Shown: piece after piece, positions 24,734 to 36,745 of the stretch
Layout: the number at the start of each line of letters is the position of its first letter
Position numbering within the stretch: the first letter of the stretch is position 1
NCBI RefSeq assembly: GCF_963853765.1
Contig: NC_088854.1
Coordinates: forward strand, 59,148,001 to 59,212,000
Source of the DNA: Magallana gigas
Lineage: Eukaryota
Reading direction: 5' to 3'
Length of the DNA stretch: 64,000 nucleotides
Program-made: the position numbers and the translations under genes
The notes under the pieces: model-generated
What the model was told of the DNA's origin: nothing
Databases searched by the model: none
The model's input: the letters and a program-made list of their open reading frames with translations, nothing else

Positions 24734-26770
24734 GGGGTTTCTGATATTCCTGCCACAAATTCAGGTGAGAAGACGAAAACAAATGTTGACATTGTTGTTT
24801 TGTTTATTTGTTCATTGATGGGAAGTGTCAATTTGAATGTTAATCAAGACATAGGAAGTACAATTTAAGGTAAAAGAGAAGCCTTTTATTAAACATATGT
24901 TTGTAGATTGTTAGCTTCAGAACTGCAGTGCAACTCAATCGTTACCCCTCTGTCCCAGTTCTCTCGTCCCGTCACTTGCTGTCAGTTGATAAGGTGGAAT
25001 GCAACGCCAAATTTTATTTCATGCATCGTTACAGTACCTTTCTCTGAAAATATGAACTCATTGTTCATTGGGGGATATCAACTCCTTATAATTTAAATGA
25101 AATAATTGTAGGCATAGTGTTCTCTGGGAAATTTTCTATCTAATCTAATTTTCTTGACAAATGTCAGATCAGCTCAAGATAATTATTTGTGGTTTTACCC
25201 AGGCATCTTTCATTATTCTGAGGTACTTGTGATGTCTTACACTTTTCAACCATTCACATATTTCATGTATGTTTCGACACAAAACCCAGGTAGCTGTGAT
25301 TAATACAACCTGTTCAGCTATTTTTTTTTTTTTTTTTTGGGGGGGGGGGGGGGTGGTTAATAGAGGAAATCTTAATATTTGTTCACGATATTTAGTTGCA
25401 TTGTTTGAACTGTAAGGTATTTATAAATGTTAAATAAATGTTAATTAATCAAGCAAATTTTGCTGCATAAATATCCTAGGGCAGGTTGTTGTGATTGAAT
25501 ATATAAATTTTTCTATAGGCCTAATCCAAGAAAATGTGGTGCATAAAATGTCTTCAGACAGGATACAAACAAATGCCAAATATGCTACTGGTACTATCTG
25601 CATATAACATTAGGGTTGAATCTTCCCAGCTCAATGTGTTTGTAATGCATAGCACTTATCTTAAATTGAATTGTCTAAGTAATTTTACTTTTGCTTTGTA
25701 CAGCCATGCTTCAAGCTACTTTCGGTATCAATAGTCGGTGTTCTAAGTGTTATGCATATTCGCATTTTCCAGTGAGTATCTACTAATATATGATTGAAAC
25801 TAATACCTTATATTTAAGAAACAAAAAAACCCAATAATATTTATGCTAATACAGGCCTTATTTACAGATCTGAATGTGTTGCTTTCTATAGCTTAAACTT
25901 GTTCTTTTTCCAACGCAATTTAGAGCTTGTTTTACTCACTGTTGAGCTGCACTGGCTAAATGTGCTCAAATTAAAAAACCTTGGAATTATCCTTTTTTGA
26001 AATTACAGCTGCAAATGATGGCAATCACTTTAGATTGATTAAATGCTATACAATAGGTATCTTGTACCTTGAACACTTTAGTGATAATAAGTTGATTTAA
26101 CATTTTATTTCAAAACATTTTACATACCTTATATACTTATGTCAGTCTGGGCTGAGATAAGATTAAGGCTAATAACCTATGTAAAAACTAATGACAAAGC
26201 CAGAGTGCTTGATTTGTTGAGGTTGAAGTCCTGTATTAATATTGTGTCAGGAAAGATAACTCTGATGCTTTTCTCTGTTAAACTGCATTAATTTTTCTAA
26301 TGGCTTACTATCATAAGATTTTACTATGAAATACTTGATTTTTCTCCTCCTATAGGTCCCTGCTATATATCACTGGGAGAAACATATTTGTCTTTAAACT
26401 TTGAAAGGTTTTAGTGAAAAGTTCAAAATCAACTCCACTTATGATACAAATTAAAGACAAGAAAATTGATAGGTCTGATTGCACTTAACAGATTCTGCCT
26501 TGCTTAATGAACTGGAGTACTAGTATTATGAGGGTAATGCTGTAGCCAAAGTGCACCAGCTACTTTCATTTATAAAATAGCTTTAGTCTGTAAAAGGGGG
26601 TGGCATTTTAGACATGTGTCTATAATAGATCATTATTTAGACCATTAGATATTAAAAAAATAAGTTTTCAAATTTTTTATGGTCGCCATCTCAATAAATG
26701 ATGTCTCATTTATTTGTGATTGATGATTCCCATCCTATCCCTCCTGGCATCAACGTCTCCGACTCCTTGC

Positions 26771-26950
26771 GGACAGCGAGGCCGGTTTGTCCTGTCTTTA
26801 AACATTTGGACAGCGAGGCCGGTTTGTCCTGTCTTTAAACATTTGGACAGCGAGGCCGGTTTGTCCTGTCTTTAAACATTTGGACAGCGAGGCCGGTTTG
26901 TCCTGTCTTTAAACATTTGGACAGCAAGGCCGGTTTGTCCTGTCTTTAAT
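26771..26950. repeat. 37-bp tandem minisatellite, 5 copies
   Basis: GGACAGCGAGGCCGGTTTGTCCTGTCTTTAAACATTT starting at 26771, 26808, 26845, 26882 and 26919; no spacers. Confidence 0.95.
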
Positions 26951-28504
26951 TGAAGTTGTTACCATAACTAAGATCCTGGTTCGTTTTAATATTTCCATCA
27001 TCAAATGTCACAAGATTTATTATAATATATATTTCTCCTGTTTATGATTCCTTTATATAAAAGTAATCAACACAGGTGTAAAGCTTTTATACATCATAGA
27101 TAAATTTATTGCAAAAATACATTGTGTATACCTGCACATAATTTCAAAGCATTTAATTTTATGCATATACATTTACATATTCTTTCCATTTACAAGTAAA
27201 TAAAACATAAGGTTGCTTTATATTTCATTTCATATTAACTACTTTTACTCGAGATAATGAAATACGATAATAAATAAGGTAGATAGGTAAAGCAAGTCTA
27301 AATGGGATGTGGTTCTTGGAAGTTTGAAACAACCAAAGCTCCAGAATCGTTAATCAATGTTAATTATGATATGAAATTGATCTGATTCCAGAAGCATGTA
27401 GAATTTGACATTAAGGTTTTTCTAAGGTACAGACCTGATTTAAGGAATGCTTAACATCAAAGCTTATGTAGCTGTCGACAAATCTACCCAGTTTAATAAA
27501 TCTCTTGTTTTAGAGACCAATATACTGAAAGAAATATTTATTGTTGTTTAAGAAGTACTATAGCTTAAATCTTAATTTATTTTTGTTCAATAGAAAGTAC
27601 TATAGTTTGAATGGTGAACCGTGAACCTACACAAAGTATTTATTTTGCACATATGTGGAACAAACTGGATGCTATTAGACTGTAGCACTCGCTAGTAGGT
27701 CCGCCTCTTCCTGTTAGATCTATAATGCATGGCCTATCATCAATAATGAAAGCTTTCTTCCCTAGAATGTTCTCTTCCTTTGAATTTAATGGACATAAAC
27801 AGGACAGAATGAGCAGTGTTAGGGAATCAATATCAAGGGAAGGGGCCATCTTACACTGTATATCAACATGAAAAATAATGAAAGGACAATAATTAATACT
27901 TGAAGTAAATGTGATTGAGATATATAGAAATGGTTTAATATTGAACAGGTAGATGGCCTGAGACTACAGCCTGGGCAAAAAAAGCTGAACTTAACTTATA
28001 ATATTGATACATGTTCACAGTTCAGAAGATAAATTACAAAAAACTTTTAAGGTGTCATCAAACTGTGTTCTCTTTAAACTTATATATTTTGAAACATAAA
28101 CACAATATTGCAGACACTACACATCACAGCAATAGATGTCAATATAAAATAAATCACGTGTAATCGTCGGTGAAGAATTCTGTTTTGATTTTAGAAAAAT
28201 CTTGTTTCTGGTCAGGGAAGCTTAATGAAAAGGTGTCATGATTAAAAATCATCTTCGAACTTTGGACAGAAAAACTATTGATGAAATGTTAAAAAATTGA
28301 CAAAAATGATACTGTAGATAATAAATAAATTGAAATGGGGATCAGCAAAGTTCACAAATGTATCTGATAATCTGAATCTATATAGTAGATTTCTTGTTTT
28401 GAAGTCCCTCCTTTGCCAAATCACCCACTGACAACAGGGTGAGACAAAAATAAAGTTGTGGGGGTGGGTGAGTGGGGGGGGGGGGTTGGTTGGTCAGTGT
28501 TTGA

Positions 28505-30661
28505 TCACAAGGCAGTGTCAGAAGAACAACAGAGTGCAGAGGAGGCAGAGTGGGAGAACTTGGTGAAGACCCTGACGGGAGCCGTGGTCTCTTTCCCAGC
28601 ATGTCCGTTCTGTATATGTCCGTTAGGATGGGGGGAGAAATGGGGAAACCGTTTGGGGCGATTAAAAACCGGGACAGAGTTTCTCTTCTCTAAGTTTATT
28701 GGATCGGCACATGGGCCAATGTGAACTGGTAGTTCTAACAGTAGCTGGCCTCCGCAGGAAGAGAAATGGACAACAATACGGAGGCTGTATGTTACATGAA
28801 TGAGCCGACACCCGGGGTTGATGCTGGGTAAAATGTTGATTCCCGTGGGCAGTGAGATGTCAAAACAAGCCATGGATTGATGGGGTTTGCTGACCACAGT
28901 TCCTTTAGGGTTCTTCTCACCGAACGTGGATAGATTGAATGTGAAATGGGATTTAGGTTTAACCATTGTTATGTGCTGTTGTAAACAGCCTTCAATCATT
29001 TTTATTTGTTTTGTGTACTTGTTTTCAATTTCAAGTCTGACTTGTACGTCGTCTCCAGCCAGGAAGCAGGATCGATCCAGAATCAAGTTGACACTGGCTA
29101 TGTCACTGGAGAAAAACGAACAGGATGACAGAGTTACGTCCTCCTGGTGAATCACGGGCAGAAGAGCGTTTGGAATGGAATGAATGTCAAATCTTCGCCG
29201 TACAGTGAAAGAACTTCGACGGGAGAGGATGATTTTGACAAAGTTGTTCAGGGAGTGTGTACTTCGGGCAGAGGACGATCCTATCTCATCACAGATTCTC
29301 GCCTTCACTGTGTATTCAATCTCGGCACCAAAACCGTTTTGTTGGTTTTTGTATTTCAGTGATGAAGGAAGGTTACTGGGCAGGAGGAATTTGAACTTTG
29401 ACACGTAGTGTCCAGGATTCACCACAATGGACCATTTACCGTCGGACGTACCCACAATGTAGTTACGTTTGTTGAGAAAAACGTCACGGAATGTCTTTTT
29501 TCTTCCTGAATTTGGACCCCTGGACAGAGTAACAGCTGTGTACCCAGTTATGAGAAACTCGATGAACCTGATTTCTAACTTTCCCTTTATGTCAAACACA
29601 ATCCTCCCAGATAGTTCTTCCCCTGGGCAGAAGCGGTGTTTCTCATGCTGGTCAAGCTCGATGTCAAACCGAGACACCAGGTTCTCCTTAGCCTGGTAGT
29701 TTCTCCGGAATGCCATTGATCCCTTTGTCACGGTCCCGGCAGGATATCCTCTGAGGGTTCCCCTGACTGGCCTCCGTATGTGCATGGGGACGCTGCTATG
29801 GACACTGGGCAAACTGTGAACGGTGGTGGCCCCTGCAGAATGGTGGCTCCTCACAGTACCACTTAGGTTCTTTGTCCTGAGATCCCCCGGTAATCCCCGG
29901 ACTGACCCCACCTGAGAGGCCGTCATTGAGGTTGGAGACTTGGCACTCTGGGGCCCCCATGTGGAGCCTCCAGGGACGGTGATCATTTTGCTGAGTTTGG
30001 CTTTTGTTCCCTCACGGTATTTGGCTGCCCTGGGGCTGATGTTAGAGAAGCCTGTGTTGTTCTGTTTGTAATGCTGTCTTGTTTCTGAACTCTCAGAGTT
30101 CAGAGGACTAGGGTCAAATATGACATCTATTGGCTTCATTTCTTCACCTAAAAAAAGTAGTATACAATGAATGGTAGATGTATTTATCCTGAACAATAAT
30201 GATTAAAAAATATATGGTTTTTAGCATACATTCTTTGGTAGGAGATAGAAGATTTAAAAGTTAACTTAACTGTGGTTTTCCAGTAAACCCCAAAATTACA
30301 TGGTAAATTAATACATTATTAATTCAAATATGATAGGCAAGTTGTCTTTGAATGAATATATGTAGTATTTATTGTTAGACTGACCTTCCACATTAAAGCC
30401 ATCCAGCTCTATTTTGTGAGGGGAGAGAATGTCTTCTTCCTCTGTCTCTAGCCCCTCATTTACATAACCTTGGTGTGAAGTAGCCCCCTCCTCTTCCCTG
30501 GGGAATGAGCCCATTTCTTTCACTATAACATTGTCCTGGCCATGGACAATGACCTTGACCTCAGTCTGACCTAGAGGGTCAGCCATTGATGAGGTCGAGA
30601 CCTCACTGTTCATCTTGTACAGAAGGCCCTGGACTGAAGCCTTTGTGGGTTGAGGGTTCAT
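28505..30661 (-). CDS. Alpha-arrestin (ARRDC-like) protein, 639 aa, two coding exons (30385-30661, 28505-30147)
   Basis: Arrestin-N (FDIELD..FCPGEELSGRIVF..FKFLLPSNLPSS..IEYTVKARI) and arrestin-C (LDRSCFLAGDDVQVRLEIEN..IHVTYSLRIVV..LELPVHIG). The GT-AG intron 30148-30384 joins in frame (277+1643=1920 nt); an in-frame TGA lies upstream of ATG 30661. Confidence 0.9.
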
Positions 30662-32268
30662 GAGTCTTAGGCTTCATACTGAAAAATATCAACAGGACTT
30701 TATGTTAGACGGAAAAAAAACTGGGGGCTCCATTGTATGTGGTGCATTATGGCAAGCTGTGCATTATGACTGGCTGGACAATATAAAGGCACTGTTCCAT
30801 GAGGTAGTTTTTGTCTGTAAAAAGGTGCTCTAATAAAAGGATATTGTGTACTATTAATCTTTGTTAAGTCAGCGAATGACAATACAAAATTTTGGATCTT
30901 AGTGGGACCATAATACCTTGTGCCATTTCATAACATCATCCATTGATGAGATTGTAAAATGCTTGAAGAGATGGGATAGAATGCATTGAACATGATCATT
31001 GAATGGAGATTGTACATTTACTAATGAAGCTTCTGTTAGCTTTGTGGCCTTCAGAATGCCCTTGTAAATAGAGTTGCTGGCAAATGCATTAGGTGTTTTA
31101 TATAACCTACACGTATGTGGGACAGTGGCTGAATCAACTTCACGTATACCCTTTTGTATTTTTTATGGTACCTGTAAACTTCACTTATCCCTAGTTTATA
31201 CGCATTATGAGAAAAAAGAAATCACTCCTACCTGAAATTCTTAAACATTTATAAATCCGTGTGAATTTTTTCTCCTTTAAAAATTCAATGAAGACTTAGC
31301 CATGCTTGATAGGGTGGTAATATTGATTGGTTCACGGTGGGAAAGAAGTCCCGAAGCAGGTGCTTGACTGAACAGTCACAGAATACACTGGCCTAGAGCA
31401 GGCAGACACTGAGGGCCCACTAACAGGCGATGCAGTCAGACGCAGGGGGACCTGGTGAGACCGCTGGACATGTGTAAGGTGGCTAGCAAGAACAGCCTCT
31501 CTTTATGGGATCAGAATAATCATGCTTGGTTAGGTTTTTATGGCCAACAAACAGAACTGGTTCATGACAATGGGACAAATAACTTGTTTGCATAATCATT
31601 TAAATCTACTTATCTGAAATATTTATCAATACGGCCGACAATTTGTTGAAAGGTTCTACATATTGAATTCTGTAAAAAGCTGGCAGCTCTCTCTTACGTA
31701 TACTTTCGGTGCATATCTGAGTACAGAGTTCCGTGAGTGTTAATTCCTGTCTCAATATTCACACTTTGCTGAGAATGGAGGCAGATTTAAATAAAAATTG
31801 AGAAGTGATCAGGAATTATCAGATTTACTCATAGAAGCCCTTATAGAGTAATTAAAATTTCTATCCCCCTCAGGACTTAAAGAGCTATTGTATATTGATT
31901 GTGTGTGTAGTATGTATTTAGATCTATTTACAGGTCATTGTATCTCAGCATATACAAGTATATGGTCATCTCATTCATTCATCAGAATGAGATGCACTTA
32001 CTTGTAGTTTTTCCTGTCTGGTTCAGACTTCAGTTCTGTTATAAACAGTAAAGATAACTTCAGGTAATAGTCAAGCAGGTGTGTGCTGCATTCATGTACA
32101 CAGAGTCACAGACTTCTCTTTATAAGCAGAATTCTATTTTTATACATGCACAGGTAAAAGTGATGGTTCTGTATTCATTACCTGAGGGTGACATGGGAGA
32201 ATATACTAAATGAATGATCAGACTCATTAATTACCTGGACCGTATAGCCTACATTCCTACATTACTCC

Positions 32269-32299
<31 letters not shown>

Positions 32300-35249
32300 A
32301 AAATATGCTTTGACCATGCAGCTACCCTTTTAAAAATGTGAGAGAGTTTTACACCAACTGGCACTTGGGATACTTATTCATGGAGACAGCAGTACTTATT
32401 ATATTCTTCAATGTATTTATGTCACTGACAAAAGGAGATAATGACTTGGAGAGTAAATAATAGTAATTTCAAGATTTGTAATAAAAGTTGAAGGATGCGA
32501 CTATATACAGAAATAAAGCTCACGTCCCACGGTCATCGCTGTCTGAATGAAACACACAGCATCCTGGTGACTTAGCATCACCACATTGTATAGTGTTATA
32601 TGATTTGTATGCAATTATGTTGTATCATCAGCGAGTGGAGGACACAAACCTACAATTGCTTTGTAAACTTACTGGGACTGGTAATTTTATCTGTCTTGCT
32701 TGACTTAACTCAGACCAGAAAGATTTGTGATATCATGCAGCATCATTTTACTGATGTGTTTAGTCTTTGTCATTTGCATTTAGGGTGGTAACTGGCATCT
32801 GTTTATAATTTTAATCCATTAAACGTTATGTCTAAAAAAAAAATTAGTGTTTTGAAGGTTTCACTGAAACCTCGCTGAGTATTAATATCTGAGATATTGT
32901 ATGTCGTTGCAGGAAGAAGCCATGATAGAGAGCAGACATCGGGGTGAATAGATGTAATGGCAGACCAAAAAGACAGAGAAAAGGGGTAAGTAATTGTTTG
33001 AGGTAATTATATAAATGATGAGATGATCATTGAGAGAGACAGCTGGAAGAGTTAGGTAGTTTGTATGAACATGAGGTGAGATGGCTATGAAGAGAGGCGG
33101 TAATTCTTACCTTTGGATGTAAGATAAAATGACCAGGTAAGAGACAGCTGGAAGAGGTAGGTAATACTTTGAGGTAGGTCTGTGAGGTAGTGCCCATTAG
33201 TGTGTTAGTGAGGGACCGCTTGATTCAAGAGCCAGAAGAGGAAGGCAAACATTGGAGATTCACTGGTGTTTTGTATGATTACATAAGGTCCTGTTCTCTG
33301 TTTACACATCACTCTGTGTGTTTTATGCATGTCCTGATAGAAAATTTCTTGGTTTTTCAACTATTACAGTGATGATTAAACAATTTTGATTAAAGGTATG
33401 CATTAATCCAAGCAAGTCAATGAATTCCTGATGACTCTTGGTTTTCAAACTCAATGCAGAGGAAATGAAAAAGTACTTTTACTATGATATCTGTCATAAA
33501 AGTACTATTGAATGTATTAGATGGAAATACTACAAATTACAATTACAGTAGTACCTTTAGAGAAAGAATTGATCGCTCATTATAGGTATTTATAGTTACT
33601 GTATGCAGTAACTCAGTATGGGTACATTGTAGCTTCACAGGAATAAAATAAATGTAACCTAATAGAGGTATTTAAAGTATGTGACATCTCAAATGAGGTA
33701 TTAGTAGATTCAGAGGAAAAATAAACACTGTCCTGAGACTATACAGTACCTTTTGTAGAATTGGTTTAGGTAAGTCCTACACAGGTGTAACAAATCTAGC
33801 CACCTCCTCTGTACAGAGCCACATCAAGGTGTGAATTGTGGAAATCCCTGAGTCAATTCAGTGTGATCAACCAGCCAAAAAAGTAGAAAACGACTCCTGT
33901 TGAATGGAGGTATACATAGAAATTCCCCGCTCATTGTTGTGCCTGTATATAGAAATAGCAGGGTGCAGGGCCTGCAGTCACTCAGGCGGAACGGAACACA
34001 GTTAACGACCGTGGGTGGAGCAAGTTGACTGGTTCACTGCCTCTCCAGGGAAAAATGTCCAAAACTTTTGAAATACTCAGAAACCCATTTTCTTTTTCTG
34101 GATCAATTCAGATCAGCTGTTAAAAGCTTCTGCTGTGTGATTTATTTTACGGCAATTAATTTATCACACGCATGCCTGAGAACCATGATGCTAGACACAG
34201 TCCGACCCCAAAAATACTACACTACAAAAGTACTACCGGTACATTTTTAATTATAGAGGAAATCAGGAGAAGAGACAGAGATAGAGTTATAGTACCAATA
34301 TTTTTATTACATATAATTTCTTGTTACAGAAGAAGTTGCACTTAAAAACCTTATATGATCTTTTAACAACCAGTTTCACCATAATACATGCTAGTTACTA
34401 TATATATTTTTTTTTTGGGGGGGGGGTGGGGGATGTTAAATACAGTTGGTATGAAGATAGGCCATGAAGAGAAAAAAAACCCAACACTGACATTTTGAAA
34501 AAAAAAGAAAATCTAGACTGAATTCTGTTATTGTAGGAGACTTAAACACCAGGCAGCAGCACCTAGGTGTGACATTTTTCTTTGTTTAATCAAGCCTTCA
34601 TGGCTGGAATTGTATCTAATTTTAAATAGTCCCGTTAACAAAGCTAATACTATAACACTGTTACTGCTAATAAGATTTTGCCTGGAATTTAAATAGAAAG
34701 AGAAAAGTCATAAAGAAAGCTAATTAGATGTTTAAATTTGTTCTTGGCTTATATTGGTTCATGTTGAAGTATGGTAGGGATCAATCCTGCTGCATGCTGG
34801 GTAATGGATTGGACGTATACATGTAACGAAACGATTTCTGTATATCCTGGTATTTTTAAAATAAATCTGTAAATGATATACCCCATGTAACAATGTTATT
34901 CTTAGCTGGACCTAGATAGAATTAAATGTCAGGTCATCTTAACATCAAACTATGAGATAAAGCTGTGAAATCATTTGAAATTCATTTAAGCTGCCTGATT
35001 TTAAGTGCATTAAAGATTGTTGTAGAGCATGCTTTTAAAATTTTCTCTCACAGAAATGTAAATGAATATGATTAAAACATATCATTGATATGTTACTTAT
35101 ATTATAAAAAAATTTGAAAAATTTGCAATAAAAACAAGAAAATTCAGTTACTTTTATCAAACGACTCATCTGTCCTTTAAATTTGGCAGTATATAAGCAC
35201 CTTTGGCTTTATACAGGCTTATATAAAGTGACAAGCAAAGAGGGGCTCT

Positions 35250-35480
35250 AAGTGACATACAACGCATATACTGTGAGGGGTTCCAAATGACATACAAACT
35301 TTATGTTGGGAGGGGTTCCAAGTGACATTCAAACCATATGCTGGGAGGGGTTACAAGTTACATACAGAGCATATGCTGGGAGGAGCTTCAAACGACATAC
35401 AAAGCATATGCTTGGAAGAGTTCCAAATGAGATACAAAGCTTATGCTGGGAGGGGTTCCAAGTGACATACAAAGCTTATG
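35250..35480. repeat. 35-bp degenerate minisatellite, about 7 copies
   Basis: Unit AAGTGACATACAAAGCTTATGCTGGGAGGGGTTCC. Confidence 0.9.
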
Positions 35481-36745
35481 TTACTGTGAAAGTTCATATC
35501 ATATGTAAACAGTTCTCAGTGCAGTCTATGGAATTTTCATAGAGAAGTGCATTAATTGAATGATTGGTATAGAGAGGTGCATTAAATAAATGCAAACATG
35601 TGAAGAACAACGCAAATATTTAATAACTGACTTATGCTAAATATGGTATGATAATAAGTAAAATTTATATGAAGAATTTATTACAAGAATATACTCTACA
35701 TTTAAAATTGTACTCACCAAACCAAAATTTAAAAAAAACCCTCCTTTTTCGACAGATCAGTAGATAAATGGAAGGAAAAGTCCAAACATGTTAGACCGAA
35801 TTAGCTTTGCACTTTTTTTTCTACCATGTCAGAGGTTTCATTACAAATTTTAATTGTGTTTGGCCAAAATACACAGTCACACTGTGCCTACACAGATCAA
35901 ATGACAGCTATTGTGTTAGAAAAGAATAAAGGAATGAAATCATTTAAAACATCGCAGCCATTTATTACAACTGTTAGAAAGAAGTCCCATGGTGTCAACA
36001 CTGGGACCTAGAGAGAAATACAAGAGGGGGGTGCTTTGTTTTATGACCGAGTCCTCAATTTTTTAAGTTTTTTCAATTTAGCATTGTGTATAGAGTTATA
36101 GAATATATGTCCAGAAGGGAATCAGTCTTTGGAGTTTAAATACCAGGAGGACTATGTCTATTGTACAGGTGTGTAATTTGACACCTTTGAGGTAGGAATC
36201 TGACACTTGTACAACCGTACACAGTACAAAGCCAGCAGTGACCGTGCCAGGTCTGGTTCCTCGCCGCTGGTCCAACTGTCCCCCCAGGCCACGGTCTCAG
36301 ACTGGCTTTGTATGGTGAGGTGATCTGATGTCTGAGACAGTACAGTCAATTCTGGATCTCTGGAATCCATCCTGTACAACAACAGAAACTTACCCTTGAT
36401 AAATAATTTAATTGTAATTTTTCCAAAGCATTCATATACAAGACTTGTACATAAGATAATTCAAAATTTACAGAGTACAATAAAAATTGCAATTCATCAA
36501 GCATCAGTACAGTCATGTCTGGTTGTAGATAATGAACTGGTCTCTACCGGTATTCCTTGTCATGTACTGTAGACGGCCAAGATTAATTTTGAGAAGACTT
36601 TTGGGGGTAGGGGGGAGGAGGGGGTGGATGAAACAAGCGTAAGAGGAAGAATTGACTGCAGACTGAAGACTTTGGTCTCAAAAATAGGTCATTCTGCAAG
36701 AGACACAGAATTTATTTCAATGCTGATAATTTGTTTGAATTACAG

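Noticed and set aside
24397-24868. ORFs spanning N runs (also near 17.0 kb and 47.6 kb)
   Set aside because: Artefacts of translating assembly gaps.
26771-26950. CRISPR-like 37-bp repeats
   Set aside because: Units are directly adjacent with no unique spacers, there are no cas genes, and the context is eukaryotic.
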